This document shows, one piece after another, positions 27,575 through 36,807 of a DNA stretch of 64,000 nt. This DNA is from Lachnospiraceae bacterium. Its GTDB lineage: Bacteria; Bacillota; Clostridia; Lachnospirales; Lachnospiraceae. Each line of letters opens with the position of its first letter. Within the stretch, counting starts at the first letter, position 1. The notes below the pieces were generated by a model, which worked only from the letters and a program-made list of their open reading frames with translations, was not told the DNA's origin and did not search any database. The translations under genes and the position numbers were made by a program. The DNA is taken from assembly GCA_014804605.1 (NCBI GenBank), contig JAAUZM010000027.1:45220-109219 (forward strand), read 5' to 3'.

Positions 27575-29405
27575 ATCTTATATATCCTCGCTTTGCCAGA
27601 CTCTCCATGATTCTGTGCTGCAAATCTTCATTGACATTCACAGTCAGTAAGTCATCAATAGACCATCTCCATGCCTGATTATATGTAACTTTGTCTATCG
27701 GCTTTATAACTTCGGCATAATAATCGTACCGCTCATTCACCAGCCTAAAAGATGCTGTCGGATATCTGCGCATCATTTCATAGTCATCTTTACCAAAAGA
27801 TACAATATCATTCGTTTTTGGATGGTTATGCAGAACTACGCAGTCACTTAAGTCCAGCGAACCAATACTTACATTATCATCTACACCTTTATTGTAATAT
27901 ACATTTCCCGATTTATCAATAACGACCAGCTTTTCAATATCACTATCCCTTATCTGCTCTCCAAAATATTTGACTGCTTCCTCCTTTTTCGCAACATCAA
28001 TCCGTCCAACCTTCGCGGGCTCGCTTCCATTACCTATTTTATCAGAAACACCGAGTGTCTTTTCCTTAAGTCCATTTTTGAAACTGCATCGTTCATACTC
28101 CTTCCACGCCTTGGTCTTCCGCAGATCAGACGTTCCACACTCATACCGCAGGCGCTCGGTCTTTGCTTTGATCTTGTAGCTCTCGCAAAACTCCTTATAC
28201 GCTGCCGTTCTCCGCCTTATTCTGGTGTCTATTTCCTTCGTATCCATGCCTAACCTGTCAAGTGCTTCTTTCTCCCTCTTCAGAGCCCTCACAGCACGCT
28301 CCATGGACCTCATTTTCTGGGTCATGGCATAATAATCATATGTCTTCCCGTCGATTGTGACGGGCTTCGGTGTTTTCAGCTCAGGCGGCAGAATATCTAT
28401 GCCTTCAAACCATACATAATACCGGTGCCGGCAGTTATATCCGTACAGACCTCTCGGATCGTTCTCATGAGCCCCGTCCACACTGTAGCCGGTCTCCTCC
28501 CACAGATCCCTGATCTGATCCTGTCCGATCCGTGCCGCTTCTGCGGAGTAATCCGTGCCGGCTTTGATATAATATACCTTTCCCTGCCACTGTTCATGGT
28601 TAGCGATGCCCTCACCGACATTCCGGGCACCCTGATGTCTTGACACATATACCAGGTTCTCCCCGGTATTTTCCATATTCCTGTCCATGATCCGGCCGGA
28701 TATCTGATGGCAGCCCGTCCGTACTGCCAGACGTACCGCCGTGTCGAGCTGCATGGAATATCCTGATTCAAAATTAATGGACCGCAGACCACTCTGCGCA
28801 AGCTCATGTACAGTATCAGCTATTACCTTGTCTTTACTGAACGTACCGGTGCAGACCTTGATCAATGCCTTATCGAGTTCCTTCTGGTACAGACTTTCTA
28901 TAGGCTCATAGCCGGACATGGTCTTAAAACCTGTTGTCCGCGTCAGATTCTTCAGCTCATCCCGCGTCTGTCTGGCAAATGCCTCTACAAGTTGCGGCAG
29001 GAAGGAATCGTCCGTAAGCTCCCGCCCGGCCTCTTTCCATATGGCAAGGTCTACCGCCCACGAAGTGTCTGCCGCCCTTTTCAGAATCTCATTGCTCCCC
29101 TCGTAAGCCTCCCGGCTGATCTCGTTCAGGAGCTTTCGCACCTCCCGCTTATGCTCGATCGTATTCTTGGCCACATTCTTTCTGAACGCAGGATTAGAGC
29201 GGAGCAGCTTCATCTCCTCATGTCTGATCTTCGCCGGGCTGTAGCCCAGTTCACGCATAGCAATCGCTTCCAGTTCCGCTGTTCTGGTATAACTTAAAGA
29301 TTCTGCTATACGCTCCGCCACATCAGCAATGACCTCGGATTCCAGATATTGAAACAGCGGCGTCAGTGCTTCACTTATGATCTCCTGTTGCTCTTCCGAT
29401 AACAT
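27528..29405 (-). CDS. minor head protein, SPP1 gp7 / Mu F family, with about 170-aa C-terminal extension
   Basis: 625 aa; MuF core (HQGARNVGEGIANHEQWQGKVYY ... YGYNCRHRYYVWFEG), coiled coil, then an extra domain containing VVLHNHPKTNDIVSFGKDD. Confidence 0.8.
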   Translation of the reverse strand: MLSEEQQEIISEALTPLFQYLESEVIADVAERIAESLSYTRTAELEAIAMRELGYSPAKIRHEEMKLLRSNPAFRKNVAKNTIEHKREVRKLLNEISREAYEGSNEILKRAADTSWAVDLAIWKEAGRELTDDSFLPQLVEAFARQTRDELKNLTRTTGFKTMSGYEPIESLYQKELDKALIKVCTGTFSKDKVIADTVHELAQSGLRSINFESGYSMQLDTAVRLAVRTGCHQISGRIMDRNMENTGENLVYVSRHQGARNVGEGIANHEQWQGKVYYIKAGTDYSAEAARIGQDQIRDLWEETGYSVDGAHENDPRGLYGYNCRHRYYVWFEGIDILPPELKTPKPVTIDGKTYDYYAMTQKMRSMERAVRALKREKEALDRLGMDTKEIDTRIRRRTAAYKEFCESYKIKAKTERLRYECGTSDLRKTKAWKEYERCSFKNGLKEKTLGVSDKIGNGSEPAKVGRIDVAKKEEAVKYFGEQIRDSDIEKLVVIDKSGNVYYNKGVDDNVSIGSLDLSDCVVLHNHPKTNDIVSFGKDDYEMMRRYPTASFRLVNERYDYYAEVIKPIDKVTYNQAWRWSIDDLLTVNVNEDLQHRIMESLAKRGYIRYGRKAVDGRTEQENK

Positions 29406-29408
29406 AGC

Positions 29409-30839
29409 TTAATCCTCTTCTTCGTCGGAATCCTGTTCTTCTTCCTCATTCCTTTTTGATACAAGATTCTCGGCTTCTTTCGGCTTAAGGTTATATGCAC
29501 TTTCTAAATACCACTGCAACAATTCCGGAATGTCGAAGTTCAACGCGTCATTCCGTACACGTTCAAGTTCTGCTTCCTTATCCGTAATCAGACTATCGTC
29601 AAATTCAACCTTTATCTCTTCATCAACATTAAAAGAAGTTCCGTGAAATGTGTTTGAAAACCACATAACTGCATGACAAATATCCTGTATGTACCGCGTA
29701 GCCTCCTGTCTCTGCCGATTTAACTCCTGCATCTGGTCTTGTCTGCTCAAAACAAATTCTGTCGCCGTAGTGATCTGCCCGTTTTCAAAACTGTACTTCT
29801 TTGTCCCGTATCCGAACATCATAGACAGAAGAGATAGATTTAGTTCGAAAGCTTTCGTGATACCCTCGATCCTTATTTCCGGATTGTACTCTGTTACCAG
29901 CTCCTTCGCGTCCGGAAGTTTATCCTGCCCGATCAGCACAAACAGTTTTTTTGCCTGTTCATTCGGCGTAATGGGTTCCCCGTTATCATCGAACTTACAC
30001 ATGAGATCATTGACGATCAGCAGCTTATCCGCCTTGTCCAGATCACCGTACAAGACGTTGTAGCACAGGTCGAGTGCTTTCAGCATAGGAATGGCATTAT
30101 GTATCTTGGGAAGGCCGTACCCGGTCATATTGTCCAGATTGTTGACTTCTGCATTGCGCATTACCGCAAACGGCTTGACATCCCCAAGGTGCACTATTGT
30201 CTCCAGATCCTTTTTCTCTGTTCCATGCTCATCAAATACGTGTGTCTCCGCGGTGTATTGGTTCTCCTTTTTTGTGAACAGTACAAGGGTCGTTTCCTTC
30301 TTCCCCTGCTTCATCGCACTGCCGGCAAACGCCGCCTCTGTCACGATGTCATTCTCAACTGTCAGCGGTATAAAGCTGTCCGCTTCCACATAATTCAGTC
30401 TGATATCTCCCTTTGTGGCTTTACCATTGGTCAGAATCGTCGCATTGTCCAGCCGGATATAGCAGGCGGTTGTCCCCTCTGCCGAAGTCTTTTCGAGCTG
30501 CTTCCTGTACTGGGTATTAAACTCACTTGCCTGCAGAATTGCATTGATGAATTTTGACTGTTCGTCCGGACCTTCCTGCTTGGTTTCATCGGACTCCTTA
30601 TGGGAATTGCCCGCATTAATCTCCAGTACCTCACATAGATTGGCATCATCAGAGCAGCAACGCTTTGCAAAGTTCAATCTGTTCAGTTCATACGGTGCTC
30701 CCTGTACCGTTACCCTGTTGTGAAATCCATCTATCCGACGATTCCCGTACCAGTCTCCGCATTCCCTGATGACGTCCAAGGCGTCCTCATTTACCGTATA
30801 TCCTTTTTTATGTAACATGTTTTTGATATAACTTTCCAT
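29409..30839 (-). CDS. portal protein
   Basis: 476 aa between the terminase large subunit and MuF; acidic C-terminal tail EEEQDSDEEED. Confidence 0.85.
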   Translation of the reverse strand: MESYIKNMLHKKGYTVNEDALDVIRECGDWYGNRRIDGFHNRVTVQGAPYELNRLNFAKRCCSDDANLCEVLEINAGNSHKESDETKQEGPDEQSKFINAILQASEFNTQYRKQLEKTSAEGTTACYIRLDNATILTNGKATKGDIRLNYVEADSFIPLTVENDIVTEAAFAGSAMKQGKKETTLVLFTKKENQYTAETHVFDEHGTEKKDLETIVHLGDVKPFAVMRNAEVNNLDNMTGYGLPKIHNAIPMLKALDLCYNVLYGDLDKADKLLIVNDLMCKFDDNGEPITPNEQAKKLFVLIGQDKLPDAKELVTEYNPEIRIEGITKAFELNLSLLSMMFGYGTKKYSFENGQITTATEFVLSRQDQMQELNRQRQEATRYIQDICHAVMWFSNTFHGTSFNVDEEIKVEFDDSLITDKEAELERVRNDALNFDIPELLQWYLESAYNLKPKEAENLVSKRNEEEEQDSDEEED

Positions 30840-30849
30840 CCTGTTCTCC

Positions 30850-32199
30850 TTATCTGTCCAGTCCGATCAGTTCCACGAAATCCAGCATTGTATAGCAGAA
30901 TCCGTCCCACCAGTCATTGCAGTTACCTATATTCTTATCTTCCGGCCTGTCCGGATGATCTTCGTCCCACTTAAGCGTCCCTATCGCCTTGCGGAGTTTT
31001 GTGCAGCGCCGGTTGATCTTAAGCCGTCCGGTATTAAAAAGCAGATCAACCATCTTCGGCCGTTCCTCCACCTCATTCTTACGGCAGCCCGCTATGTTCC
31101 TATACGGCAGTCCCACCTTTTTTGCTGCGCTCTTCATGCTATTGATCATGGTCGTCGCCGCACTGTCCGGAAACACCCAGTCCACCCGGCCATATTTCTT
31201 GATGACCATAGCATAAAATCTTACAAACGTTTCGCATATCTTATCTGCGTCGATATCCGGTGACAGCGGTATACATTCCTCTTCCAGTGCACGCAGATCA
31301 TGATATTTATTGAAATATGCAGTCGCAACGAAAGTCGTCATAGACCCGTTGCCGCCCAGATCGGAACCGATCACGATCTTATACGGTCTTTGCAGGAGCC
31401 GTTGTTTCTTTATCCCGTTCTCTTCATACTCCTCGAACAATTCAGCGTCGTCGTACAGGTAAGGATCATTGTTATCTGCAAACCGACGGAAGATGATTCC
31501 TTTCGCCACTGCTCTTTCTCCCCTGATATCCCGCTTATACCATACGGTATCCTTATCATATGTTTTCAACCGTGCACGCAGTTCTTCATCGCTCACGCTG
31601 TAATTGTCAACGATGGTGAAATGACCGTAATTATATCCATATTCCGGTTCTGCTGCCTGCTGCCGTTCATGGAAGTTCAGAATCTCCTCATAATACCAGT
31701 GTTCTTCTTCCTTCGGGTTCAGATCATGAAATACTTTCCGGTCTGAGCTGGAAAGCGTACGGTCAAATACCTCTTTCAGAAACTTGGGATGGCATTCGTT
31801 TGCCTCTGTTATATACGCCATCCCGTAGGTATTTCCCTTGATCAGCTTCTCATCGCCGTCTTTCCCGCCTCCAGAGATTAACACGATCTTCTGTTCACGG
31901 CCTGTATTTACATAGACGCAGTCTCTGTTTTGATACTTTCCTTCGTGGCAACGCCCTTCAAAATAATTGAGCAATCCATATCCGTCGCAGTCCAGAATGT
32001 TCAGTCTTGCCGTAGCGGACGACACGCCGCCAATCAGAAATATCCGATTCTTATGCTGTTCGATCATCATGCAGAATATAAGAGTTTGCAGGACGTTCTT
32101 TCCGCCTCGCTTGCCACCTTCCGCGACATTGAACCAGCTATCAAAGCAGCGGTACATATATTCTTCCTGACGTTTGCTGAACGGAGCGGGCATGTTCAT
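30850..32199 (-). CDS. terminase large subunit
   Basis: 449 aa; N-terminal P-loop-like EGGKRGGKN, downstream acidic ATPase and nuclease motifs; position after the small terminase. Confidence 0.88.
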   Translation of the reverse strand: MNMPAPFSKRQEEYMYRCFDSWFNVAEGGKRGGKNVLQTLIFCMMIEQHKNRIFLIGGVSSATARLNILDCDGYGLLNYFEGRCHEGKYQNRDCVYVNTGREQKIVLISGGGKDGDEKLIKGNTYGMAYITEANECHPKFLKEVFDRTLSSSDRKVFHDLNPKEEEHWYYEEILNFHERQQAAEPEYGYNYGHFTIVDNYSVSDEELRARLKTYDKDTVWYKRDIRGERAVAKGIIFRRFADNNDPYLYDDAELFEEYEENGIKKQRLLQRPYKIVIGSDLGGNGSMTTFVATAYFNKYHDLRALEEECIPLSPDIDADKICETFVRFYAMVIKKYGRVDWVFPDSAATTMINSMKSAAKKVGLPYRNIAGCRKNEVEERPKMVDLLFNTGRLKINRRCTKLRKAIGTLKWDEDHPDRPEDKNIGNCNDWWDGFCYTMLDFVELIGLDR

Positions 32200-32214
32200 G
32201 CAATCACCCCTATT

Positions 32215-32988
32215 CTATTCATAATCTTCCAGCCTGCGGTTCTCCCTACTGTTTAGGACGATCTCCGCTAATGTCTGCATATTGTCGGCTGCTTGCCCGC
32301 TGGTTTCATCCGGAAGGTTGTTCTTCAGGAACTCGATCGCTTTCTGTTTATCGTACAGTTTGATACTGATTCCCTCCTTCGTCTCCTTGATCTCCTTCAC
32401 CAGTGTGCCGTCCATGTCCTGCCTCACGCATACGCTCCCGCTGCTTATATCTACAAAATCATTGATGTCTGCCCTCGCGATATCAATCTGCTGCTGGATC
32501 AGATCCTTGATGTCTATCCGGATGTCCTGATGGAGCTCATCAAGCACTCGGTCTATCTCTTTTTGGACTTCCCTATTTTTCCCTAGAGTGTACGCATTCC
32601 TACAGGCATTTTCATAACTACATTGAAAAGCTTTCTGATATGCTTTAACCTGATTGCGATATTTGATGTAGTAGAGACAGAAAAGCCGCTGTTTTTCTGA
32701 TAGTTGTCCATCTAGTTCGACCCCCGGCACCTCTTCGATTTCCGTATCCGGTTGCACCGGTGCAACTCTCTGATTTTGTGTGCACACTTTTTGCTTTTTG
32801 TGTGCACACTTTTTCTCTTTTTGTGCGCACCCCTCTTTTCCACCCCCGCGATCCTTTCTTGACCATCCATACCGCTGTTTCCAGCTCTTAACCGTGTTGA
32901 TGGTGACGCCGTACTTCGCTGCGATGTCTTTATACTTCATTCCGAGCATATAGTCGTTCTCGGCCGCATCTATATTCCTCTCATCCAC
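32215..32988 (-). CDS. terminase small subunit (N-terminal HTH plus Terminase_2-like domain)
   Basis: [27 protein letters not shown]; [26 protein letters not shown] core. The lysine-rich linker holds palindrome copy 3 and tandem GTGTGCACAC repeats. Confidence 0.75.
   Translation of the reverse strand: MDERNIDAAENDYMLGMKYKDIAAKYGVTINTVKSWKQRYGWSRKDRGGGKEGCAQKEKKCAHKKQKVCTQNQRVAPVQPDTEIEEVPGVELDGQLSEKQRLFCLYYIKYRNQVKAYQKAFQCSYENACRNAYTLGKNREVQKEIDRVLDELHQDIRIDIKDLIQQQIDIARADINDFVDISSGSVCVRQDMDGTLVKEIKETKEGISIKLYDKQKAIEFLKNNLPDETSGQAADNMQTLAEIVLNSRENRRLEDYE
32751..32766. repeat. 16-bp perfect palindrome GTTGCACCGGTGCAAC, copy 3 of 7
   Basis: Exact match preceded by CCG; read as VAPVQ in the small terminase linker. 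Confidence 0.95.
32774..32830. repeat. three direct repeats (about 22-bp period) of TTTTTGTG(T/C)GCAC, two containing the 10-bp palindrome GTGTGCACAC
   Basis: GTGTGCACAC at 32778-32787 and 32800-32809; GTGCGCAC at 32823-32830; all inside the small terminase linker. Confidence 0.8.
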
Positions 32989-33147
32989 CTCCGCGTCACC
33001 ACCTTCTCATACTGCACTCCCTAACAAATAAAAACAGAGCCGCGTATGAAATTCACATTCATATTCGGCTCTGGGCTCTCTTGTTATATTTATATGGTTT
33101 ATTATAAGTTTAAGTTATATCTTGTGTCAAATAAAAATATTACTGAT

Positions 33148-33249
33148 TTATTTATTCTTAATCAACGCCTTGACCACTGCTATAAAGATGGCCACTAATA
33201 CTATCAAAGCTATGCCCGCTAACACGATCTTACAACTCATTCCCAACAT
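33148..33249 (-). CDS. possible 33-aa single-TM peptide
   Basis: Hand-translated as MLGMSCKIVLAGIALIVLVAIFIAVVKALIKNK*; weak SD; starts 2 nt after the upstream stop. Confidence 0.3.
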   Translation of the reverse strand: MLGMSCKIVLAGIALIVLVAIFIAVVKALIKNK

Positions 33250-33250
33250 T

Positions 33251-33547
33251 TTAAGAATCCATTCCATTTTCTCCATCCTGTTTCTCTCCCTCTTGCAAAT
33301 TATATTTTGCAATGACGTCTGCTGCCGCCCGGTAACACTCTGCCCATTCGTTTATTTTATTGTTAAGCACCTTTGCCGCTTCTACCGTTGCCGCTGTAAC
33401 TCGTTCTATTACTGTTTTTACCCACTCATGGTACTCCTCTGCTGCGACATAAATCTCCTCCTGATGCCCCTGCAACCATTTCTTATATTGAATCGGATTC
33501 ATCCCGTATACTTTTTTAAACTGCTTTTTCTTCTGCCGTCTGTTCAC
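33251..33547 (-). CDS. hypothetical phage protein
   Basis: 98 aa helical ORF with basic N-terminus MNRRQKKKQFKK. Confidence 0.5.
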   Translation of the reverse strand: MNRRQKKKQFKKVYGMNPIQYKKWLQGHQEEIYVAAEEYHEWVKTVIERVTAATVEAAKVLNNKINEWAECYRAAADVIAKYNLQEGEKQDGENGMDS

Positions 33548-33640
33548 ATGCTCCGTCCCCCTTCTGATATCTCTAAAGGCTCTAAAATATTCCGTACAGA
33601 ATATTGATATTCTAAATTAGAATATTTTAAGTGACTCCAT

Positions 33641-33781
33641 TTACACATCCGTGTGTTTCAAAAATGCCTGCCGGATAGGTTCCTGCTTAAGTGCCTGATC
33701 TACTGTGATCTTATGATTCGCACAGTAATTATCAACGTATTCCCGGAATCTCCGGTTATGTCTGTACTCATTTTCTATCAT
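33641..33781 (-). CDS. small hypothetical protein (46 aa)
   Basis: Hand-translated as MIENEYRHNRRFREYVDNYCANHKITVDQALKQEPIRQAFLKHTDV*; AAGGAG 6 nt upstream. Confidence 0.4.
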   Translation of the reverse strand: MIENEYRHNRRFREYVDNYCANHKITVDQALKQEPIRQAFLKHTDV

Positions 33782-33875
33782 CTTTCGCTCCTTTCCGGCG
33801 AGGACTGCTGCCCGCTGGCTTGATACAGTCCCCGCCTGCTGCCGTGTCTATGGTTATTGTGATATACTAATTACC

Positions 33876-34610
33876 TTATCCTTTACTCCCCATTTCTCCT
33901 TCCGGCTTCTCACACCGTTCAAACTCTATTACCCATACCCATGGATTAGCTAACCACCCATACTGAGCAAGGTCTGGCTTCTTGATGGTGTAATCCCATA
34001 TCATCGCAAAACGTTCTTTATATGACTCATCCGTCCATTCACCGCACAAATGGGCTATCTCAGGTCGTATCTTTATTTTTTTGTCAGTCGGGTATGTCCC
34101 ATCATCATATATACCCTCGCGCTTTATCTTTTCTTTGGTGACCTCTTGCAGACGTTCCACCCTGACATCTGTAACCTTTAACCAGATACGGGCAGCTTCT
34201 TTCGGCATATGTATGGATGGATACCAAACACCAACAGAAGGATACTCATTATCTTCAACTGATGCCTTATATAAATAACACCCACATTCTCCTTTGTCAT
34301 GATTAAAAACCTTATGTGCAGTTTCGTCACAACAATTATGCTCTTCCATATCCATTCCACAATCCCAGCACGGCTCCCAGCTCCACGTTTCCCGTACATA
34401 CAGAATATCTCCCAAATGATAAGGTGCTTTATACACTGGACTTTCAAGTGTATCTGTTTTTTTATTCAGACAATTTATTACCTTTCCTCCTTCACATACG
34501 AAATTTTCCCACACTGATTGTTTTACAACTCTTCTTGTAACCCTTTTTCTGTCATCCAGTATCGCCCGTACCATCTCGATGTTAAATAATATTGGTAATA
34601 CTCTGCTCAA
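33876..34610 (-). CDS. hypothetical phage protein (possible ASCH/PUA-like N-terminus)
   Basis: 244 aa; the LPILFNIEMVRAILDDRKRVTRRV motif recalls ASCH-like phage proteins, from memory only; cysteine cluster CWDCGMDMEEHNCC. Confidence 0.45.
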   Translation of the reverse strand: MSRVLPILFNIEMVRAILDDRKRVTRRVVKQSVWENFVCEGGKVINCLNKKTDTLESPVYKAPYHLGDILYVRETWSWEPCWDCGMDMEEHNCCDETAHKVFNHDKGECGCYLYKASVEDNEYPSVGVWYPSIHMPKEAARIWLKVTDVRVERLQEVTKEKIKREGIYDDGTYPTDKKIKIRPEIAHLCGEWTDESYKERFAMIWDYTIKKPDLAQYGWLANPWVWVIEFERCEKPEGEMGSKG

Positions 34611-34921
34611 TTTGCTCCACTCCTTCCTTCTCCCGTCTCTATACTTTCAAAAAGCTCCTGCAAAGCATTGATATGCCCGTAAATCTTATCAGCCGTTTCT
34701 CTGTCCAGATCTTTTCTAACTGTAGAAAACTCCTCGTTTAGTCTTCCTACAAGCTCACCCAGCCCAGCAGAAACATTATATTTTCTCAATACTATTTCAT
34801 TGTTATGGGTGAAAATCTCAATCTGATCTCCTCCTTTTATTCCGAATGTTTTTCTAATCTCCCTCGGAATAACAATTCTTCCGACTTCGTCAATCCTGCG
34901 GGATATGCCTGTAGTTTTCAT
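34607..34921 (-). CDS. AbrB/MazE/SpoVT-family DNA-binding protein
   Basis: RRIDEVGRIVIPREIRKTFGIKGGDQIEIF swapped-hairpin signature. Confidence 0.8.
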   Translation of the reverse strand: MKTTGISRRIDEVGRIVIPREIRKTFGIKGGDQIEIFTHNNEIVLRKYNVSAGLGELVGRLNEEFSTVRKDLDRETADKIYGHINALQELFESIETGEGRSGAN

Positions 34922-34997
34922 GCAGCCTTTATACCTCTTTCTTAATTCATAAATTTAAGCTTGACGTATAGTATCTGCATTGACAGCGGTATAAATA

Positions 34998-35432
34998 CTA
35001 GATTCTAACTTGCAGTTTGACGCAGAGGAATTCTATGGTATTGGCAGCTTCGTTAATTACTTCCTGCAAATACTCTTGTGGATAGCAGCAACCTTCTGGA
35101 TCTTCTCCGATTTCTCTTAATGTTGTTATCTGTTCACTGATCATGCTTCCTATAGATTCTTTGTGCCAAAAATTGATAAACTCATCCGTCAGCCGGCTCT
35201 TGTAATCTTCCAGTGGAATCAATATCTGATAGAAGAACACACGTCCCTGCCGGTAATGCTTTACATATCCTTTGCTTACGAGACGCGCCAGAAATGTAGA
35301 TACTGTCTGCGGCTTCCATTCCTTATGGTACTTATCATTCACTCTCTGCATGATTTCCATAAGGCCCAGTTCTTCTCCTGCGTCCCATACTGTTTTCATA
35401 ACCAGCTCTTCACAATCTGTCAGTTTCTCCAT
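34998..35432 (-). CDS. BlaI/MecI/CopY-family winged-helix repressor
   Basis: LTDCEELVMKTVWDAGEELGLMEIMQRVNDKYHKEWKPQTVSTFLARLVSKGYVKHYRQGRVFFY. Start trimmed to MEKLTD (ATG 35432). Confidence 0.75.
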   Translation of the reverse strand: MEKLTDCEELVMKTVWDAGEELGLMEIMQRVNDKYHKEWKPQTVSTFLARLVSKGYVKHYRQGRVFFYQILIPLEDYKSRLTDEFINFWHKESIGSMISEQITTLREIGEDPEGCCYPQEYLQEVINEAANTIEFLCVKLQVRI

Positions 35433-35778
35433 TGTTTTCACCCCTCTCTTCCGACATTCCCCATTCAAGTCTTGTGCCGCATTCATCGCAGAATTTCTGA
35501 TAACTGCGCACTATGTTCCCGCATTTACATTCCCCGCTACTACACCCGATTGCCGTATTTTCGCCGAGATATTTGGGTGTACAATACTTTGCGTTCTGCT
35601 TGGCCAGATCATATACCCTCTCCGGTTCCATGCCTGTGTCCTCATATTGCATAAGCCTGAACAGACAGCCGTACAGCTTTTCCCATATCTTATCTGTAAT
35701 GGTCTGTCCTATGCTCAGTTCTTTCCAGGGAAGACCTTTTATGCCCCAGTTTCCCTGTTTATCCTTTTGTGTCAGCAT
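35410..35778 (-). CDS. hypothetical phage protein with C-terminal zinc-ribbon-like motif
   Basis: 122 aa; CKCGNIVRSYQKFCDECG. Confidence 0.5.
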   Translation of the reverse strand: MLTQKDKQGNWGIKGLPWKELSIGQTITDKIWEKLYGCLFRLMQYEDTGMEPERVYDLAKQNAKYCTPKYLGENTAIGCSSGECKCGNIVRSYQKFCDECGTRLEWGMSEERGENNGETDRL

Positions 35779-35824
35779 CCTATATTCTCCCTTCCAGTCT
35801 AAAGATCATTATTTCTAATGTTTA

Positions 35825-35852
35825 TTGCTTTTCTTGTCCATAGTGCTATAAT
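35825..35852 (+). promoter_or_regulatory. sigma-A type promoter for the prophage tRNA
   Basis: TTGCTT, 16-nt spacer, extended -10 TGcTATAAT ending 9 nt before the tRNA 5' end. Confidence 0.6.
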
Positions 35853-35861
35853 AATAGCTAT

Positions 35862-35935
35862 GGAAGCATAGCTCAGCCGGGATGAGCGTTCGCCTCACAC
35901 GCGAGAGGTCATGGGTTCGAGCCCCATTGCTTCCA
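35862..35935 (+). tRNA. tRNA-Val (anticodon CAC), prophage-encoded, no encoded CCA
   Basis: Hand fold: acceptor GGAAGCA/TGCTTCC, D stem GCTC/GAGC, anticodon stem TTCGC/GCGAG with loop CTCACAC, T stem ATGGG/CCCAT with loop TTCGAGC, discriminator A, followed by a T run. Confidence 0.85.
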
Positions 35936-36075
35936 TTTTTTGTGTTTGTAACTCTTTTAATGCGGCTTCTGCTGCTTCTTTGGTGAGAAATATCATTTTA
36001 GTTTTGTATTCAACTTCTTTTTAAGTTTGTATTGTGTTATAATTCTTTCAATACTACTAATGAAAGGGTTACATA

Positions 36076-36807
36076 ATGAATAAAAAATTTCCCAATTCCT
36101 TCAAACTCAAAAAGGCTTTTTTTACTTCCTTGTTTGGTGCATTTTTGGCATTTATTATTGGAAAAGTATTTGATCCATTATTTGAATATCTATATACATT
36201 TTTCCTAACGTTTGGCGGCTCCTTTGTTTCGTACATATCTGATTCTACGTATCAAAAAATATCTGACGGATTTTCAGAACAAGCATCGATGTCACTTTTT
36301 TATATCGCGTATGTCGCTTGTATATACTTTTTATCTATGCAGTTTTCTTCTATTAAACCTTTACGTCATTACACAGATTCTCTGGAAGATATATCCCAAT
36401 TAGATCACCTTTTAGATGAATCCGTCGATGATACATCAGCCTCCATAGATCAACTGGAAAAAGCTGCTGAAAAACTCAAAATGCAAATAGAAAATAATAA
36501 GCGTCAAATAGACGAATTAATCTCCCCCCGGAAACGCATCGATACTTTGATGGTTATATTTGTAAAGATATGGATAATTCTACTTATAGTTGTATTATTC
36601 TTCGTTTATTCCAGAAGTGTCTTTGTCAATGAAAAAATAGTAGCAATGACAAATAATATTGAAATTGTTTCGCCTTATATATCTGACATCGAATACAAGC
36701 AGCTTAAATCAGATTTTCATACCATTAAATGTAGCTACGACTATGATGAATTAATGCAAAAATTACAACACATTGCAGAAATGCACTCAATCACTCTAAA
36801 AAAATAA
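36076..36807 (+). CDS. AT-rich membrane protein on the opposite strand to the phage operons (moron)
   Basis: 243 aa; N-terminal TM segments, central coiled coil (DQLEKAAEKLKMQIENNKRQIDEL), another TM (IWIILLIVVLFFVY). Confidence 0.6.
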   Translation: MNKKFPNSFKLKKAFFTSLFGAFLAFIIGKVFDPLFEYLYTFFLTFGGSFVSYISDSTYQKISDGFSEQASMSLFYIAYVACIYFLSMQFSSIKPLRHYTDSLEDISQLDHLLDESVDDTSASIDQLEKAAEKLKMQIENNKRQIDELISPRKRIDTLMVIFVKIWIILLIVVLFFVYSRSVFVNEKIVAMTNNIEIVSPYISDIEYKQLKSDFHTIKCSYDYDELMQKLQHIAEMHSITLKK

